64,000 nucleotides of DNA from an uncultured Nitrososphaerota archaeon (GCA_964416155.1 CAYQCW010000006.1:53645-117644); one strand, 5' to 3'. Shown: positions 18,737-28,772, counted from the first letter of the stretch. Translations and numbers: made by a program. The notes: a model not told the origin generated them from the letters alone.

Positions 18737-20353
18737 TTAAAGGCTTTGCATAAAGCTCTTCTCCAAACCCTCTAGCCCAGAATATTCTCCGCGCGTAAAT
18801 GTGCAGCTGCCGTCGACGAATGTTGCTAGGACAATTATTTTCTTAACATCTTCCAAGAGAACGTTAAAAGGATCCTTGTCGACGATCACCATGTCCGCCA
18901 GCTTACCTTCGTTCAAAGAGCCGAGCTCACCCTCCTCCAGCAACGCGTAGGCGGAGCCCTCCGTGTAGAAGTGTAAAGCCTCCTCGAGCGTTAAACACTC
19001 GGCAGCCGTATGCCGGTATAGAGGTATATCGTCATGCCTACCCCTTGTCGTCGCAGCGTAAACAGTCTCCCAAGGGTTTAAGGGTTCCACGGGCGCGTCC
19101 GTGCTCAGGCCAAGCTTAACGTTCCCGGCCAGGGTCTTGAAAGGATAGACGAAGCCTGCTCTTTCAGCCCCCACTCTGCTAACCACCCACCAGTCGGTCA
19201 ACACAAAGTGCGGCTGGACAACCACGGCTACGCCCAGCCTCCTCACCATCCCTATCAGGTCGCTCCTCAAGACTGAAGCATGTTCAACCCTGTGCCTCAG
19301 CCTACTGGAGCACTCTGCAAAGGCTTCAAAGGCTTTAAGAGTGTTCTCCACAGCCTTATCGCCTATCGCGTGGACAGCGACCTGCATGCCTGTTTCACAA
19401 GCCTCTTTAACCTTTGCGTGCAGCGAGGCCTCATCCATGCTTGCACAGCCCGAGGTTTCTGGAGAATCCGAGTATGGTTTTGAAAGCAACGCGCTCCTAG
19501 CCCCGAGGGAGCCGTCGGCGAAAAGCTTAACACCGTTAGCCTTCAGGAATGGTGAGCCGTGTTTCAAAGCTTGAAGCACCGTTTCCCTAGCCTCCGCAGG
19601 ATTCAAATATGCTCTTACTCTCACCGGCAGGCCTCCAAGCTCAGCCTCCAGCTCCTGGAGAGCCTTGAAACATGCTGAGCCGCAGGACACGAAGCCCACC
19701 GTGGTCACGCCTTGAGAGGCCGAGTATAGGAGCGCATCCATCAAGAGTTTTTTACGCTCCTCGAAAGTCGTCTGCTCCTCAACCCTGCTTCTAACAGTCT
19801 CCAGCGCTTTCCCCGTGACAACCCCGGTTGGGACCCCTGCTTCATTCTTTAAAACACCGGGTACTCTTCCCTCTGTAAGCCCTGTCAGCTCGAGAACCCT
19901 AGTGTTAACAACTGCAACATGGCCGCAAACCCTGCTTAGAACCACAGGCCTCTCGCTCACAGCGTCGTCAACATCCCACCTGGTCGGGTAGCGCTTCTCC
20001 TCCAGCATCTCCTGGTCCCAGCCGCGTCCAATAATCCAGTTTTCCCGATGGTTCGCAGCGTAGCTTCTCAACCTGGCCTCAAGCTCCCCTATGCTTCTAA
20101 CCCCCCTAATGTTGAGAGTGTTCAAGGCGGTGCCCAGGAAATCAAGATGCATATGCGCATCTATAAACCCTGGGAGAACAGTTTTCCCTTTCAGGTCTAT
20201 GGTGTCGAGACTCAGTGTCCTAACCCTGCTGAGAGCCCCGGATTCGCTCCCTGCGTACGCAACCCTGTTCCCAATTATCACAGCCGCTTCAACTCTTAAA
20301 GTAGGCTTGAACGAAACGTATATGTTTCCGTTAACTAGAGCGAGGCCCCTCAT
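18737..20353 (-). CDS. Amidohydrolase family 3 (YtcJ-like)
   Basis: PGFIDAHMH, GRGWD, CGHVAVVN, KLFADGSLG, HAIGD, RVEHAS, STDAP, GKLADMV. Confidence 0.92.
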   Translation of the reverse strand: MRGLALVNGNIYVSFKPTLRVEAAVIIGNRVAYAGSESGALSRVRTLSLDTIDLKGKTVLPGFIDAHMHLDFLGTALNTLNIRGVRSIGELEARLRSYAANHRENWIIGRGWDQEMLEEKRYPTRWDVDDAVSERPVVLSRVCGHVAVVNTRVLELTGLTEGRVPGVLKNEAGVPTGVVTGKALETVRSRVEEQTTFEERKKLLMDALLYSASQGVTTVGFVSCGSACFKALQELEAELGGLPVRVRAYLNPAEARETVLQALKHGSPFLKANGVKLFADGSLGARSALLSKPYSDSPETSGCASMDEASLHAKVKEACETGMQVAVHAIGDKAVENTLKAFEAFAECSSRLRHRVEHASVLRSDLIGMVRRLGVAVVVQPHFVLTDWWVVSRVGAERAGFVYPFKTLAGNVKLGLSTDAPVEPLNPWETVYAATTRGRHDDIPLYRHTAAECLTLEEALHFYTEGSAYALLEEGELGSLNEGKLADMVIVDKDPFNVLLEDVKKIIVLATFVDGSCTFTRGEYSGLEGLEKSFMQSL

Positions 20354-20385
20354 CGCTACGCTCCTGAAACAGGCTTGAAGCAGTA

Positions 20386-21102
20386 TTAAGCATAACTCAG
20401 AACCGGGTTACAGTCAACATGTGTTTCAAAAAGCCTTTGGAGAAAAGGTTCTCCAGCCAAGTATTTAAAGCCGATTTTCAGCCTGGAGGCTAGGGGTGAC
20501 AGCCGGCCGTTGAAAACAACCCTGCCGTTCCTAATGGCTCTTGAAAAATCTTCAAAGCTCACCCCGTCTGCCTCGACAACCGTGTACGCGTCTCCAACGT
20601 TTCTCGGGAAATGAGCATCGCTGCCCCCAACCGTTGGGGCGCCGAGCTCCCTGGCGATCTTCACCCCTCTTTTCACGAAGAAGCTTAACGGGTAGGAGGC
20701 GTTCAGAACCTCAACGGCATCAGTCTTACACTCGACCCATCTTCTCAGTTTACCAGTGTTTAAAGCGGGATGAGCCAGAATCGTTAACCCGCCCTCGCTC
20801 CTAGCCCATTCGACGAGCCACTCATAGTTTACGAGGCCCTTCTTCGGCGGAAGACGTTCAAGGCCTATGACTAGCACGTGGCCAGCATCTGTGCTGAGCT
20901 CAAACCCTGGTGGTACAAGCATTTCTCCACAGTATTGTTTAGCCTCAAAATATCCTTTGAGAGTAGCATGGTCAGTTATGGCTAAGCCGTCTAAACCCTT
21001 TGCCTTAGCCGCCTTAAGAATCTCCATAACCGTTCCACTTCCATCCGAGTAGACGGTGTGAGCATGCAGATCAATTTTCAACCCCTCATCGCTATTCTCC
21101 AT
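20386..21102 (-). CDS. PHP domain metal-dependent phosphoesterase
   Basis: DLHAHTVYSDG, AITDH, GFE, AHP, EVLN, GGSDAH. Confidence 0.9.
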   Translation of the reverse strand: MENSDEGLKIDLHAHTVYSDGSGTVMEILKAAKAKGLDGLAITDHATLKGYFEAKQYCGEMLVPPGFELSTDAGHVLVIGLERLPPKKGLVNYEWLVEWARSEGGLTILAHPALNTGKLRRWVECKTDAVEVLNASYPLSFFVKRGVKIARELGAPTVGGSDAHFPRNVGDAYTVVEADGVSFEDFSRAIRNGRVVFNGRLSPLASRLKIGFKYLAGEPFLQRLFETHVDCNPVLSYA

Positions 21103-21172
21103 CTGTTTTTAAGCGTTTCAATATTTTTCGCGTTAAAAAGCATAAAGTTTTTATAATGCGCATGCTATCAGC

Positions 21173-21559
21173 ATGTTAAACATGTCCTCTAAAGAGGATG
21201 AAATATTGGAGGAATTGAGGAAGATTAGACAGCTTTTGGAGCCTAAGCCGGCTCCGCCTACCCCGCCAGCACCCAAAGGCTTGTTAGAAGAGTTTAAAGA
21301 TTTCATTTCAAAATACAAGGTTCTGGGGATGGCTGTTGCCTTCATACTCGGCCTATATCTTGGAGCATTGGTTCAGGCGCTTGTTAACGATCTGATAATG
21401 CCGATAATCGAGCTCGCCACGCCTGACGTTGCATGGGAGCATGTTACGGTTGGGCCCTTCAGAATAGGCCATTTCACAGGAGCGTTGATAACTTTCCTAA
21501 TCGTAGCTTTCGTGATCTTCCTTCTAGTTAAAGCCGCTTCGAAAATAGGCATAGAGTAA
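21173..21559 (+). CDS. mscL: Large-conductance mechanosensitive channel MscL with N-terminal helical extension
   Basis: EEFKDFISK..LGMAVAFILG, LVQALVNDLIMPII, GHFTGALITFLIVAFVIFLLVK; start may be 21182. Confidence 0.9.
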   Translation: MLNMSSKEDEILEELRKIRQLLEPKPAPPTPPAPKGLLEEFKDFISKYKVLGMAVAFILGLYLGALVQALVNDLIMPIIELATPDVAWEHVTVGPFRIGHFTGALITFLIVAFVIFLLVKAASKIGIE

Positions 21560-21619
21560 GCATCTTAAACCCGCATGTTTTTTTCCGAGTTTTACGAGGA
21601 CTGGGGAAAAGCCTGTTTC

Positions 21620-23437
21620 TCAAACCTGGCCCGGGGGCGGTGGAGGCGGGGGAGGCAGTCTTCTCTTCCTAGTTAAAAACACTAGGAGCGTTACAAGAGC
21701 CAGCAGAACTACTAGAAGCACCAGGACGCCTACGGTAATAGGGTTCAGCTCAGTCCTCCAGCTTGCTGTGAGGCGAACAGGCCTAGTTACGGTGAACGAG
21801 TATACGGTTGAAGACGACGCCTTACTCCCGTTCTCAACCCATCCGTCGAAAACATGGTTCGTGAAAAAATCCTTAGGAATAATGCTCGGCGCCACGGATA
21901 CTGTTGCGGCCGAGCCTTCCACATACCATCCTTCCCCCGCCGCCTCACCGATCTGGCTTGACACTGCTACGTGATGCTCAACCCTGTAGACGGTGTTGAG
22001 AACAGTATCCCTCTTCAGCCTTATTACACGAGGATTATCAGCCACGCCGTCACTCCACATGCTGAAAGCCAGCCTAGTCTCCCCGTGAGCCCTGTAATGG
22101 GTTGCTTCAAGCCTGTGTTCAACACCAGTAACCTCGAAGCTGACACTCCTACCAGTCTTGTTTTCACCGTTGAGAGAAGCCTGGAAGCCGTCGTCCGGAA
22201 AGTTAACAGTCAACAAGTAGCTCGTCACATACCGCGTGTAAATCCCCCTGTTCCGGAACAGGCTTCTCACATTATTCCCCGCCATGTGGATCGCGCCGTC
22301 CGCAGGGAAAACCCTGGTCCAGGATGATAATGAGTCTATGGCAAGAGTCCAGTTGCCGAGGAGCATCCCGTCAGCGCCGTATTGCAAGTATACTGGGAGC
22401 ATCCCCCTGACTGTAGTCAAGTGGCCCACCACATGGATCCTATCGCCGTCGATGCAGAGGCTGATGAAAGAGTCGTCCCCAGCTCCTCCGAACGTCCTCC
22501 GCCAGAGAATCCTCCCAGACCTGTCCATTTTAAGCAGCAACCCGTCTAGGCCGCCCTCCCCATAGGAGTCTGTATACCCACACACATATAACTCGTCCCA
22601 CACCTTCACGTCTGAGAAGAAGTCGCGCCCCTCGCCTCCCCAGCTGACACGGTTAACCTCGCTACCATTCTCATCAGCCACAACTAGCAACCCGTCTAAG
22701 CTCCCGCTTGAACCATATGGGGAAGTCGTGCCTACGATGTATATTTTCCCATCGTAAAGAGCCATCGACTCCGGTTCCTGGTGTCCAACCCAGGTGAACG
22801 TTTTCTCCCAAAGGAGCGAACCTTTCTCATCATACTTGTGAAGAACTATTTCAGTAGCCCTCTCGCCAAAGTATTGAGCCTCTCCAACAGCGTAGATAAT
22901 GCCATCCTGCGCGGCGACGCTTTCAAAATGGCTGAACAGGGATGAGCCCACCCACTCCTTCCCCCATAGTTTTTCAAGGTCTGTGTTAAACGCCGCCAAG
23001 AAGCCCGTTGTCTTTGGAAGCGTATCGTGCTCCAATACGCCTGCAACAAGTATCCTTGAGCCGTCATACGTGATGCTCATAACATAGCCTTTCCCACCTG
23101 TAATCGAGGAAACCAGCCTTCCGTCGACACTGATCTTCCAAATGGTCCAGACATGGTTTTCAAAGCTTCCCGAGCAGCCGCCGATGTAGATGTTTCCACC
23201 GACAACGATAATATCGTTGAAAACCACGTAGTCAGCCTCGCCGCCGATTATCTGCAGGCCTGCTTGAACAGTCTTCTCAGGGTGTGCCATCACACAAGCC
23301 AGAGTTAAACAGGCTATCACTATTAAGCAGAATACTGGGTTGAACGTCGAGCCCATGGGTTTCACAAGCAACACGGTTTTAAAAATTTTAAGCCTGAGGC
23401 GTAAACGTGAAAACTGGGGAAGAAGCATGTTTTTCAA
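21620..23437 (-). CDS. Surface protein: beta-propeller-like repeats, beta-sandwich repeats, TM and poly-Pro tail
   Basis: Repeated IYxxG..GxxDxLLxKxDxxGxxLW blades; GEGWYVEGS module; TM followed by RKRR and P8; true start probably 23356. Confidence 0.78.
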   Translation of the reverse strand: MKNMLLPQFSRLRLRLKIFKTVLLVKPMGSTFNPVFCLIVIACLTLACVMAHPEKTVQAGLQIIGGEADYVVFNDIIVVGGNIYIGGCSGSFENHVWTIWKISVDGRLVSSITGGKGYVMSITYDGSRILVAGVLEHDTLPKTTGFLAAFNTDLEKLWGKEWVGSSLFSHFESVAAQDGIIYAVGEAQYFGERATEIVLHKYDEKGSLLWEKTFTWVGHQEPESMALYDGKIYIVGTTSPYGSSGSLDGLLVVADENGSEVNRVSWGGEGRDFFSDVKVWDELYVCGYTDSYGEGGLDGLLLKMDRSGRILWRRTFGGAGDDSFISLCIDGDRIHVVGHLTTVRGMLPVYLQYGADGMLLGNWTLAIDSLSSWTRVFPADGAIHMAGNNVRSLFRNRGIYTRYVTSYLLTVNFPDDGFQASLNGENKTGRSVSFEVTGVEHRLEATHYRAHGETRLAFSMWSDGVADNPRVIRLKRDTVLNTVYRVEHHVAVSSQIGEAAGEGWYVEGSAATVSVAPSIIPKDFFTNHVFDGWVENGSKASSSTVYSFTVTRPVRLTASWRTELNPITVGVLVLLVVLLALVTLLVFLTRKRRLPPPPPPPPGQV

Positions 23438-24351
23438 AAATCACCCTGAACCAGTCTTTTCAAACCATCCTCCAAACCTATTTTCGGGCTAAAGCCTAAC
23501 AGGGTCCTCGCCTTAGAAGTCTCCGCATAACTATGCCTTATGTCTCCCTGTCTTCCGGCCGCATAAACCGGCTCACCCATAACTCCTTGGAGCCTCATGA
23601 CCAGGAGAGCAAGGTCCCTGATTCTCACGGGCCTGCCTGTGCCTATGTTGAAAACCTGGTTCACATGGCTGGTCTCAATCGCTAGTTCAACAGCCTCAGC
23701 AACGTCTTCGACATGGATGAAGTCCCTGGTCTGCTCGCCGTCGCCATATATCACTGGCGGAAGCCCTTTGCGAACCCTCTCCATGAACCTCGTTATTACG
23801 CCGGCGTACGCCATGTTTTGACCTGGACCGTAAACGTTGAAAAGCCTCAGCACAACGTACTTAAGCCCGAGTCTTGAGAAAAACCCAGCAACCTCTTCAC
23901 CCATGAGCTTGCTCAACCCGTATGGGGACAAGGGGGCAGTAGGATGATTCTCGTCAACAGGGAGCCTAACAGGATCCCCGTAGACTGCCGCTGAACTCAG
24001 GTAGATGAATAAGCAGACTCCTGTTTTTAAAGAAGCCTCCGCGACTGAAGCAGTGCCTAGAACATTCTTCTCAAGGTAGAGCAAAGGGTTCTCCATAGAC
24101 TCCGCAACATCAGTGTATGCTGCAGCGTGAACAACAACATCAATGCTCTTCAAAGCATTCTTAACCTCATTCACACCTGTTACCCCGGACCTGGTTAACG
24201 GGACTCCTGCCTCCTCCAGCCTTTTAACGGCTGAAACCGTTGACCTCTCCAAGGAGTCGAGAACACTGACTTCTAAACCCTTGTTTTTCAGGTGGATAGC
24301 GAGGTTGTGGCCTATAAACCCGGCTCCACCCGTAATGAGTATTCTTCCCAA
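23434..24351 (-). CDS. NAD-dependent epimerase/dehydratase (UDP-glucose 4-epimerase-like)
   Basis: ITGGAGFIG, HAAA, SSAAVYG, YGLSK, FNVYGPGQ, GDGEQTRDF. Confidence 0.92.
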   Translation of the reverse strand: MGRILITGGAGFIGHNLAIHLKNKGLEVSVLDSLERSTVSAVKRLEEAGVPLTRSGVTGVNEVKNALKSIDVVVHAAAYTDVAESMENPLLYLEKNVLGTASVAEASLKTGVCLFIYLSSAAVYGDPVRLPVDENHPTAPLSPYGLSKLMGEEVAGFFSRLGLKYVVLRLFNVYGPGQNMAYAGVITRFMERVRKGLPPVIYGDGEQTRDFIHVEDVAEAVELAIETSHVNQVFNIGTGRPVRIRDLALLVMRLQGVMGEPVYAAGRQGDIRHSYAETSKARTLLGFSPKIGLEDGLKRLVQGDF

Positions 24352-24518
24352 CCCTTTAAACCCCTATGCTTTGCTATGCAAACTGGCTTAAACTTTACCC
24401 TTCGGCTTAACGCGCCAACAACTGGACAGAAACCGCTGAGCCCTGGGGTTTCGAAAGCGAATATAGATAGACCTCTACCACCAAAGGTTTATAAAACACT
24501 TATTTACCATACGTACTT

Positions 24519-24749
24519 ATGTCCGAAATCATTAAGGCCGAGGTTCCAGAAGCCTTAGCTAAAAAATTCAGGAAGCGGGCTATGGAAATCTACGGCTATA
24601 AGAAGGGTGCGGTGAAAGCGGCTATTGAGGATGCGATGAAACGTTTCATCTCATATAGCAGGGTTGACTGGAAAACGTTGAAGGGTTGCATCCAGTCGGA
24701 GTACACATCCGTGGAGTTACAGCATAAGGCCTGGAGGAATTCTGACTAA
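24519..24749 (+). CDS. RHH-like antitoxin of a VapBC pair
   Basis: 76 aa directly upstream of a PIN gene; ends SVELQH; paralog of 38646..38936. Confidence 0.75.
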   Translation: MSEIIKAEVPEALAKKFRKRAMEIYGYKKGAVKAAIEDAMKRFISYSRVDWKTLKGCIQSEYTSVELQHKAWRNSD

Positions 24750-25145
24750 ATGCTGCTGGTGGACACTAACATCTTCCTCGAACTATTCCTTGGTCAGGAG
24801 AAAGCCGAGGAGTGTGAAAAACTCCTGCAGAAAATCTCCAAAGGGGAGCTTGAAGCAGTTGTTTCAAAGTTTACAATCTACGCTATTGAAGCCGTCTTAA
24901 ATGAATCCGGGCTAATCCTTGCCTTCCTGAGAAACGTTCAAGGCTCGCTGGGGCTCAACGTTTATGAGACGAGTATAGAGGACGAGATGGCTGCCTCAAT
25001 GCTGATGGGTAAGACAAGTCTTGATTTCGACGATACTCTTCAATACTACTTGGCTAAAAAGCTGGGGGTTGAAGCGATAGTCAGCTACGATAAGCATTTC
25101 GACAAGGCCGATGTGAAAAGAAGAGAACCGTCCGAATTACTGTAG
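24750..25145 (+). CDS. vapC: PIN-domain toxin (VapC)
   Basis: LLVDTNIFLE, LDFDD, IVSYDKHFD. Confidence 0.9.
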   Translation: MLLVDTNIFLELFLGQEKAEECEKLLQKISKGELEAVVSKFTIYAIEAVLNESGLILAFLRNVQGSLGLNVYETSIEDEMAASMLMGKTSLDFDDTLQYYLAKKLGVEAIVSYDKHFDKADVKRREPSELL

Positions 25146-25218
25146 TTTTACCGCCGTCAGCGTCTCTTGCCCCAAGTCTTACAAGCACGGTTTTTAAGCA
25201 TACTGAACCTGAAGATTT

Positions 25219-25542
25219 TTAAAACCACATGCCAGCGCACGGCTTCCTTGCCTTCTCGGAAACCAGACGAGCATCCTGCTTCGCGAATATGGCGAACGAG
25301 CCGCTCCATTTCCCGTCTTTCTCAACAACAGCGTTAATCCTGGAGAGGTCTTGAAGCAGCCTGCTGACAGTCTCCACACCTATGCCGAGCCTGCTTGAAA
25401 ACTCATCCGTATTGAGAGGCTCTAAGTTCAATAGGAACAGGGTCTCCGGCGCATACTCCTGCCGAGCCGCTTTAAACGGGTTATACTCGTCCTCTGGACC
25501 AGCATCCCAACAAATATGGATGAAAACCCTCCCCATCTCCAC
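25219..25542 (-). CDS. Hypothetical protein with wHTH-like segment, probably truncated
   Basis: PLNTDEFSSRLGIGVETVSRLLQDL; C-terminus looks like run-on sequence. Confidence 0.4.
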   Translation of the reverse strand: MEMGRVFIHICWDAGPEDEYNPFKAARQEYAPETLFLLNLEPLNTDEFSSRLGIGVETVSRLLQDLSRINAVVEKDGKWSGSFAIFAKQDARLVSEKARKPCAGMWF

Positions 25543-25564
25543 GGTTTAATGCTCTGATCGCCCA

Positions 25565-26158
25565 TTAAAGCTGACGAGTCTTTCTGAAGAGTTTAACCCG
25601 GCAGTTTAAACATGGCTGGGCCTTCTTAACATCAGTGTCTATTATTGAGTTGCTGAAATGCATCACGCACTCAGGGTTATCGCAATGCGTTAAGCCGAAA
25701 GTGTGGCCAAGCTCGTGAACAGCCTCCTTAAGCACCCTGGCTTCGAAAATCCTCCTGTCAGGCGGGTTTCCGTAGAACTCCGGCCTAAGCCTGTGCAGAG
25801 ATATGACGGCATCCTCCCCGTTTAGAACCGCCTCTCCGAAGACGAAGTTCAACCCGCCAGCGTAGAGATCAGCCTCAGTGACTCCTAGGCACTTCGAGAA
25901 GCCCCTGGGCTTTGAAACAGCCAAGTATTCTAGAAGAAGCGTGGAATTATACTGTCTCCTAGCCTTATTGTAAGCGTACGGCGGCAGCCTGAAAGCCTCT
26001 CCGCCCATTTTGAAACCCGCCTGATTGAACACTTGAGACAGGCGTGGCGGGAGGAAGGCTAGCTCTCCGGGATTAGCATCCCCAATAAGGATTATCAACA
26101 CTTTGACCGACGCCCTGTTAAACCCTTTTTCCAACCGGAGTGATATATTTATATTCAC
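25565..26158 (-). CDS. amzA: Archaemetzincin (peptidase M54)
   Basis: RRQYNS, DLYAGGLNFVFG, KEAVHELGHTFGLTHC, CVMHFSNS, CxxC; true start probably near 26100. Confidence 0.92.
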   Translation of the reverse strand: MNINISLRLEKGFNRASVKVLIILIGDANPGELAFLPPRLSQVFNQAGFKMGGEAFRLPPYAYNKARRQYNSTLLLEYLAVSKPRGFSKCLGVTEADLYAGGLNFVFGEAVLNGEDAVISLHRLRPEFYGNPPDRRIFEARVLKEAVHELGHTFGLTHCDNPECVMHFSNSIIDTDVKKAQPCLNCRVKLFRKTRQL

Positions 26159-26190
26159 GAGACGCTTATTTAAAACTTGGTGTTGGAGAC

Positions 26191-27156
26191 ATGAAGGTGG
26201 GCATTTTCACGGTTCTGTACAACGATCGGCCGCTGGATAAGACGCTGGAATACGTCTCATCCCTAGGCTACGAGGCTGTCGAACTGGCATGCTGGAAGGG
26301 TTCCAACCACATCAACATCGATGAAGTCGCCTCCGGCGGGGCAAGCGAAATAAGAAGCATCATCTCCAAGCATGGGATGCAAATATCGGCCTTAAGCAAC
26401 CATCTTGAAAGCCAGCTCATACTTGGGCCCCATGATGAATCCACAGACATCTGGTTCAAGGGCTCCCCCAGCGAGAAAATAGAATACGGCATCAGCAGGA
26501 TGAAGAAAACCATAGACGCCGCGCAGACACTCAACGTCCCCGTGGTATGCGGCTTCACCGGCGTCCCTGAGTGGGGAAAATGGTATAATTTTCCACCGAC
26601 GAACGAGGAGATTTGGAACAATTATTTCAAAATATTTAAGGATAGATGGCTTCCTATTCTCGACTATGCGAGCGACCACGGGATTAAGATAGCTTTTGAA
26701 ACACACCCGATGGAGCTGAACTATAATCTTGACACGGCTAAGGCCCTGGTTGAGGCTGCTGAAAAGCATAAGGCCCTGGGCTTCAACTATGATCCTTCCC
26801 ACTTCATCTGGCAGCATATGAGCCCGGTTGCATTCATATATGAGCTTCACGACAGGATATTCCATGTTCATGCGAAGGATGTCGAGGTGGTTCACTATAC
26901 TGCTGATAAAACCGGGGTTTTAGCCTATGGGCCTTGGAACAGGGTTGCTAGGCCTGTGAGGTTCAGGACAGTGGGATGGGGCCAGGTTCCGTGGCGAAAC
27001 GTGATAACGGCTTTGCTGGAGACAGGGTATAACTATGTTTTAAGCGTTGAGCATGAGGACCCGTGTTTCAGCAGGGACTCCGGCGTTGAGCAGGCATTGT
27101 TCTTCCTTAAGCCTTTCGTAAGGGTTGAGCCTCCGGAGGTTAAGCCCTGGTGGTGA
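26191..27156 (+). CDS. Sugar phosphate isomerase/epimerase (xylose isomerase-like TIM barrel, IolE/IolH-like)
   Basis: GYEAVEL, FETHP, NYDPSH, HVHAKD, FRTVGWG, SVEHED; ATG at 26191 after a TATA-like box. Confidence 0.88.
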   Translation: MKVGIFTVLYNDRPLDKTLEYVSSLGYEAVELACWKGSNHINIDEVASGGASEIRSIISKHGMQISALSNHLESQLILGPHDESTDIWFKGSPSEKIEYGISRMKKTIDAAQTLNVPVVCGFTGVPEWGKWYNFPPTNEEIWNNYFKIFKDRWLPILDYASDHGIKIAFETHPMELNYNLDTAKALVEAAEKHKALGFNYDPSHFIWQHMSPVAFIYELHDRIFHVHAKDVEVVHYTADKTGVLAYGPWNRVARPVRFRTVGWGQVPWRNVITALLETGYNYVLSVEHEDPCFSRDSGVEQALFFLKPFVRVEPPEVKPWW

Positions 27157-27303
27157 GAGGAGTGGACACACCGCCTAAAATTGGCATGGTGATGCTAAGT
27201 TATGCTTCCGCGTACTAAAAAATACTAATTCACGTTTAGCGGCATAGGAATATGCGGGCGATTGAAAAATTTATTTAAAACCTTAACCCTTAATACTCCA
27301 GCC

Positions 27304-27423
27304 ATGGTTAGAATTGTCAGGCTTATTCTAGCATTAGCCTTGCTGTCAACCTTCTTTCTAAACCCTCTGAAGGCTTACGCCTCCCCTTTCGAGCTTTCCT
27401 AAGACGATGATAGTGCTGACTAG
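27304..27423 (+). pseudogene. 5' remnant of a secreted protein gene
   Basis: MVRIVRLILALALLSTFFLNPLKAYASPFELS*DDDSAD*: a clean signal peptide followed by in-frame stops. Confidence 0.55.
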
Positions 27424-27898
27424 CGCGCGTCGAGGCGACATACTGTGGAGAACCTTATGATGGCTTCGATTACTTCCGCTCAGTATTCAACGCTAAGGGT
27501 ATGAGCGAAGATCAGATGTTTGATGAGATTGAGAAAAGAGCAAGCTATTACTGAGGCTAAATGCCATTACTTTCCATATGGATATAAGTAACCGATCGCT
27601 GTCTCAGCATAATTCATAAGCCGTATGGAGAACAGAAGTCTCAAAGGAGAAGCTGAAATTTTCTGGCCCTGCTAGCGGCGCGCGCTAGGGGGTTGATGGA
27701 TTTTAAGAGGGGCAGGACTAGGCTGGAGTGAACGAGCGCGCTGCTAACTATTATTGGCATCGTCGTTTTTCTTCCGGGCTAAGCCAAAATGGTCTTCATC
27801 GCAATCCTTTTCTCAAGCCTAGCGTGCCGCAACATGCTTCCTACTCGCGGGGTACGCTTAAAGTTTATATTTGTTCACCGCATCTGGATTAAAGTGGA

Positions 27899-28588
27899 GT
27901 GTTAGGGAGAATGGTTGAAGCCTCGGCGCTACTGGAGAAAGTAGCCCTGGCAACCGGTGGGGTTAAGGAGAAGATTCTTGTCAAGGGTGTTTCAGAGCAC
28001 CTTAAGGCCAGCCTGCTGAAGGTTGACGCGGAAATAGCTGAACTATGCAGCAGGCACGGGGTCTCCTCTTCGAAAGCCATGGAGGGAAAATATGTGCTTG
28101 GCAGGCTTGGGGAGGAGGATACTTGGCGCGTCTTCTTCAAGCTGAGCCACTTGGAGGAGCTTAGGGAAACCCTGGAGAAACTGCTGGAGGAGGATTATGT
28201 CGAGCTTCTGTTGAATAGGAAGGAGGCTTACAGGATCATATGCAGGGCTGCTGAAACAAGCTACGCAGACATAGTGCATGAGGCAAGCTTCAACAATGAC
28301 TATGCAAAAATATTCCTGAAAGACGGGAGCTTTCTCGAAGTCTGGCTCTACAGGGATGGGGGGCTCACGGAGAGACACGCCTTCCACTGGGAGAGGACAA
28401 GCGTAGACGGCAAAATCTTCAGACACGACAACATGCCCCACAGGAAATGGGGGCGCGTCGAAACCTTTCCTAAACACTTTCACCAGGGGGCTGAGTGGAA
28501 CGTTGTTGAAAGCCGTATTCCAGACGAATCTTTAACCGCCGCCGAATACTTCTTAAACTTCGCCAGAATCTTCTTGAGAAAAGGGTAA
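27899..28588 (+). CDS. Antitoxin-like domain fused to a DUF6516/TumE-like toxin domain
   Basis: C-half FHWE..DGKIFRHDNMPH..TFPKHFH; N-half helical; out-of-frame RBS and ATG at 28197. Confidence 0.7.
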   Translation: MLGRMVEASALLEKVALATGGVKEKILVKGVSEHLKASLLKVDAEIAELCSRHGVSSSKAMEGKYVLGRLGEEDTWRVFFKLSHLEELRETLEKLLEEDYVELLLNRKEAYRIICRAAETSYADIVHEASFNNDYAKIFLKDGSFLEVWLYRDGGLTERHAFHWERTSVDGKIFRHDNMPHRKWGRVETFPKHFHQGAEWNVVESRIPDESLTAAEYFLNFARIFLRKG

Positions 28589-28772
28589 GCGCGAAACCCG
28601 AGGAAACCGCCCCATCCGGTTAGCGCACGCGATGGTTTACGCGACTTGAAGGGCTCTAGGCGTTTAAGCTGGAAACATCCGGGTAATTTTTCCTGAATTT
28701 TAAAACATAGATTAAAAAGATTCTTAAGGGGAGTTTCCCAGAAATATTCAGATGGAAAAGCATGCACTTGCC

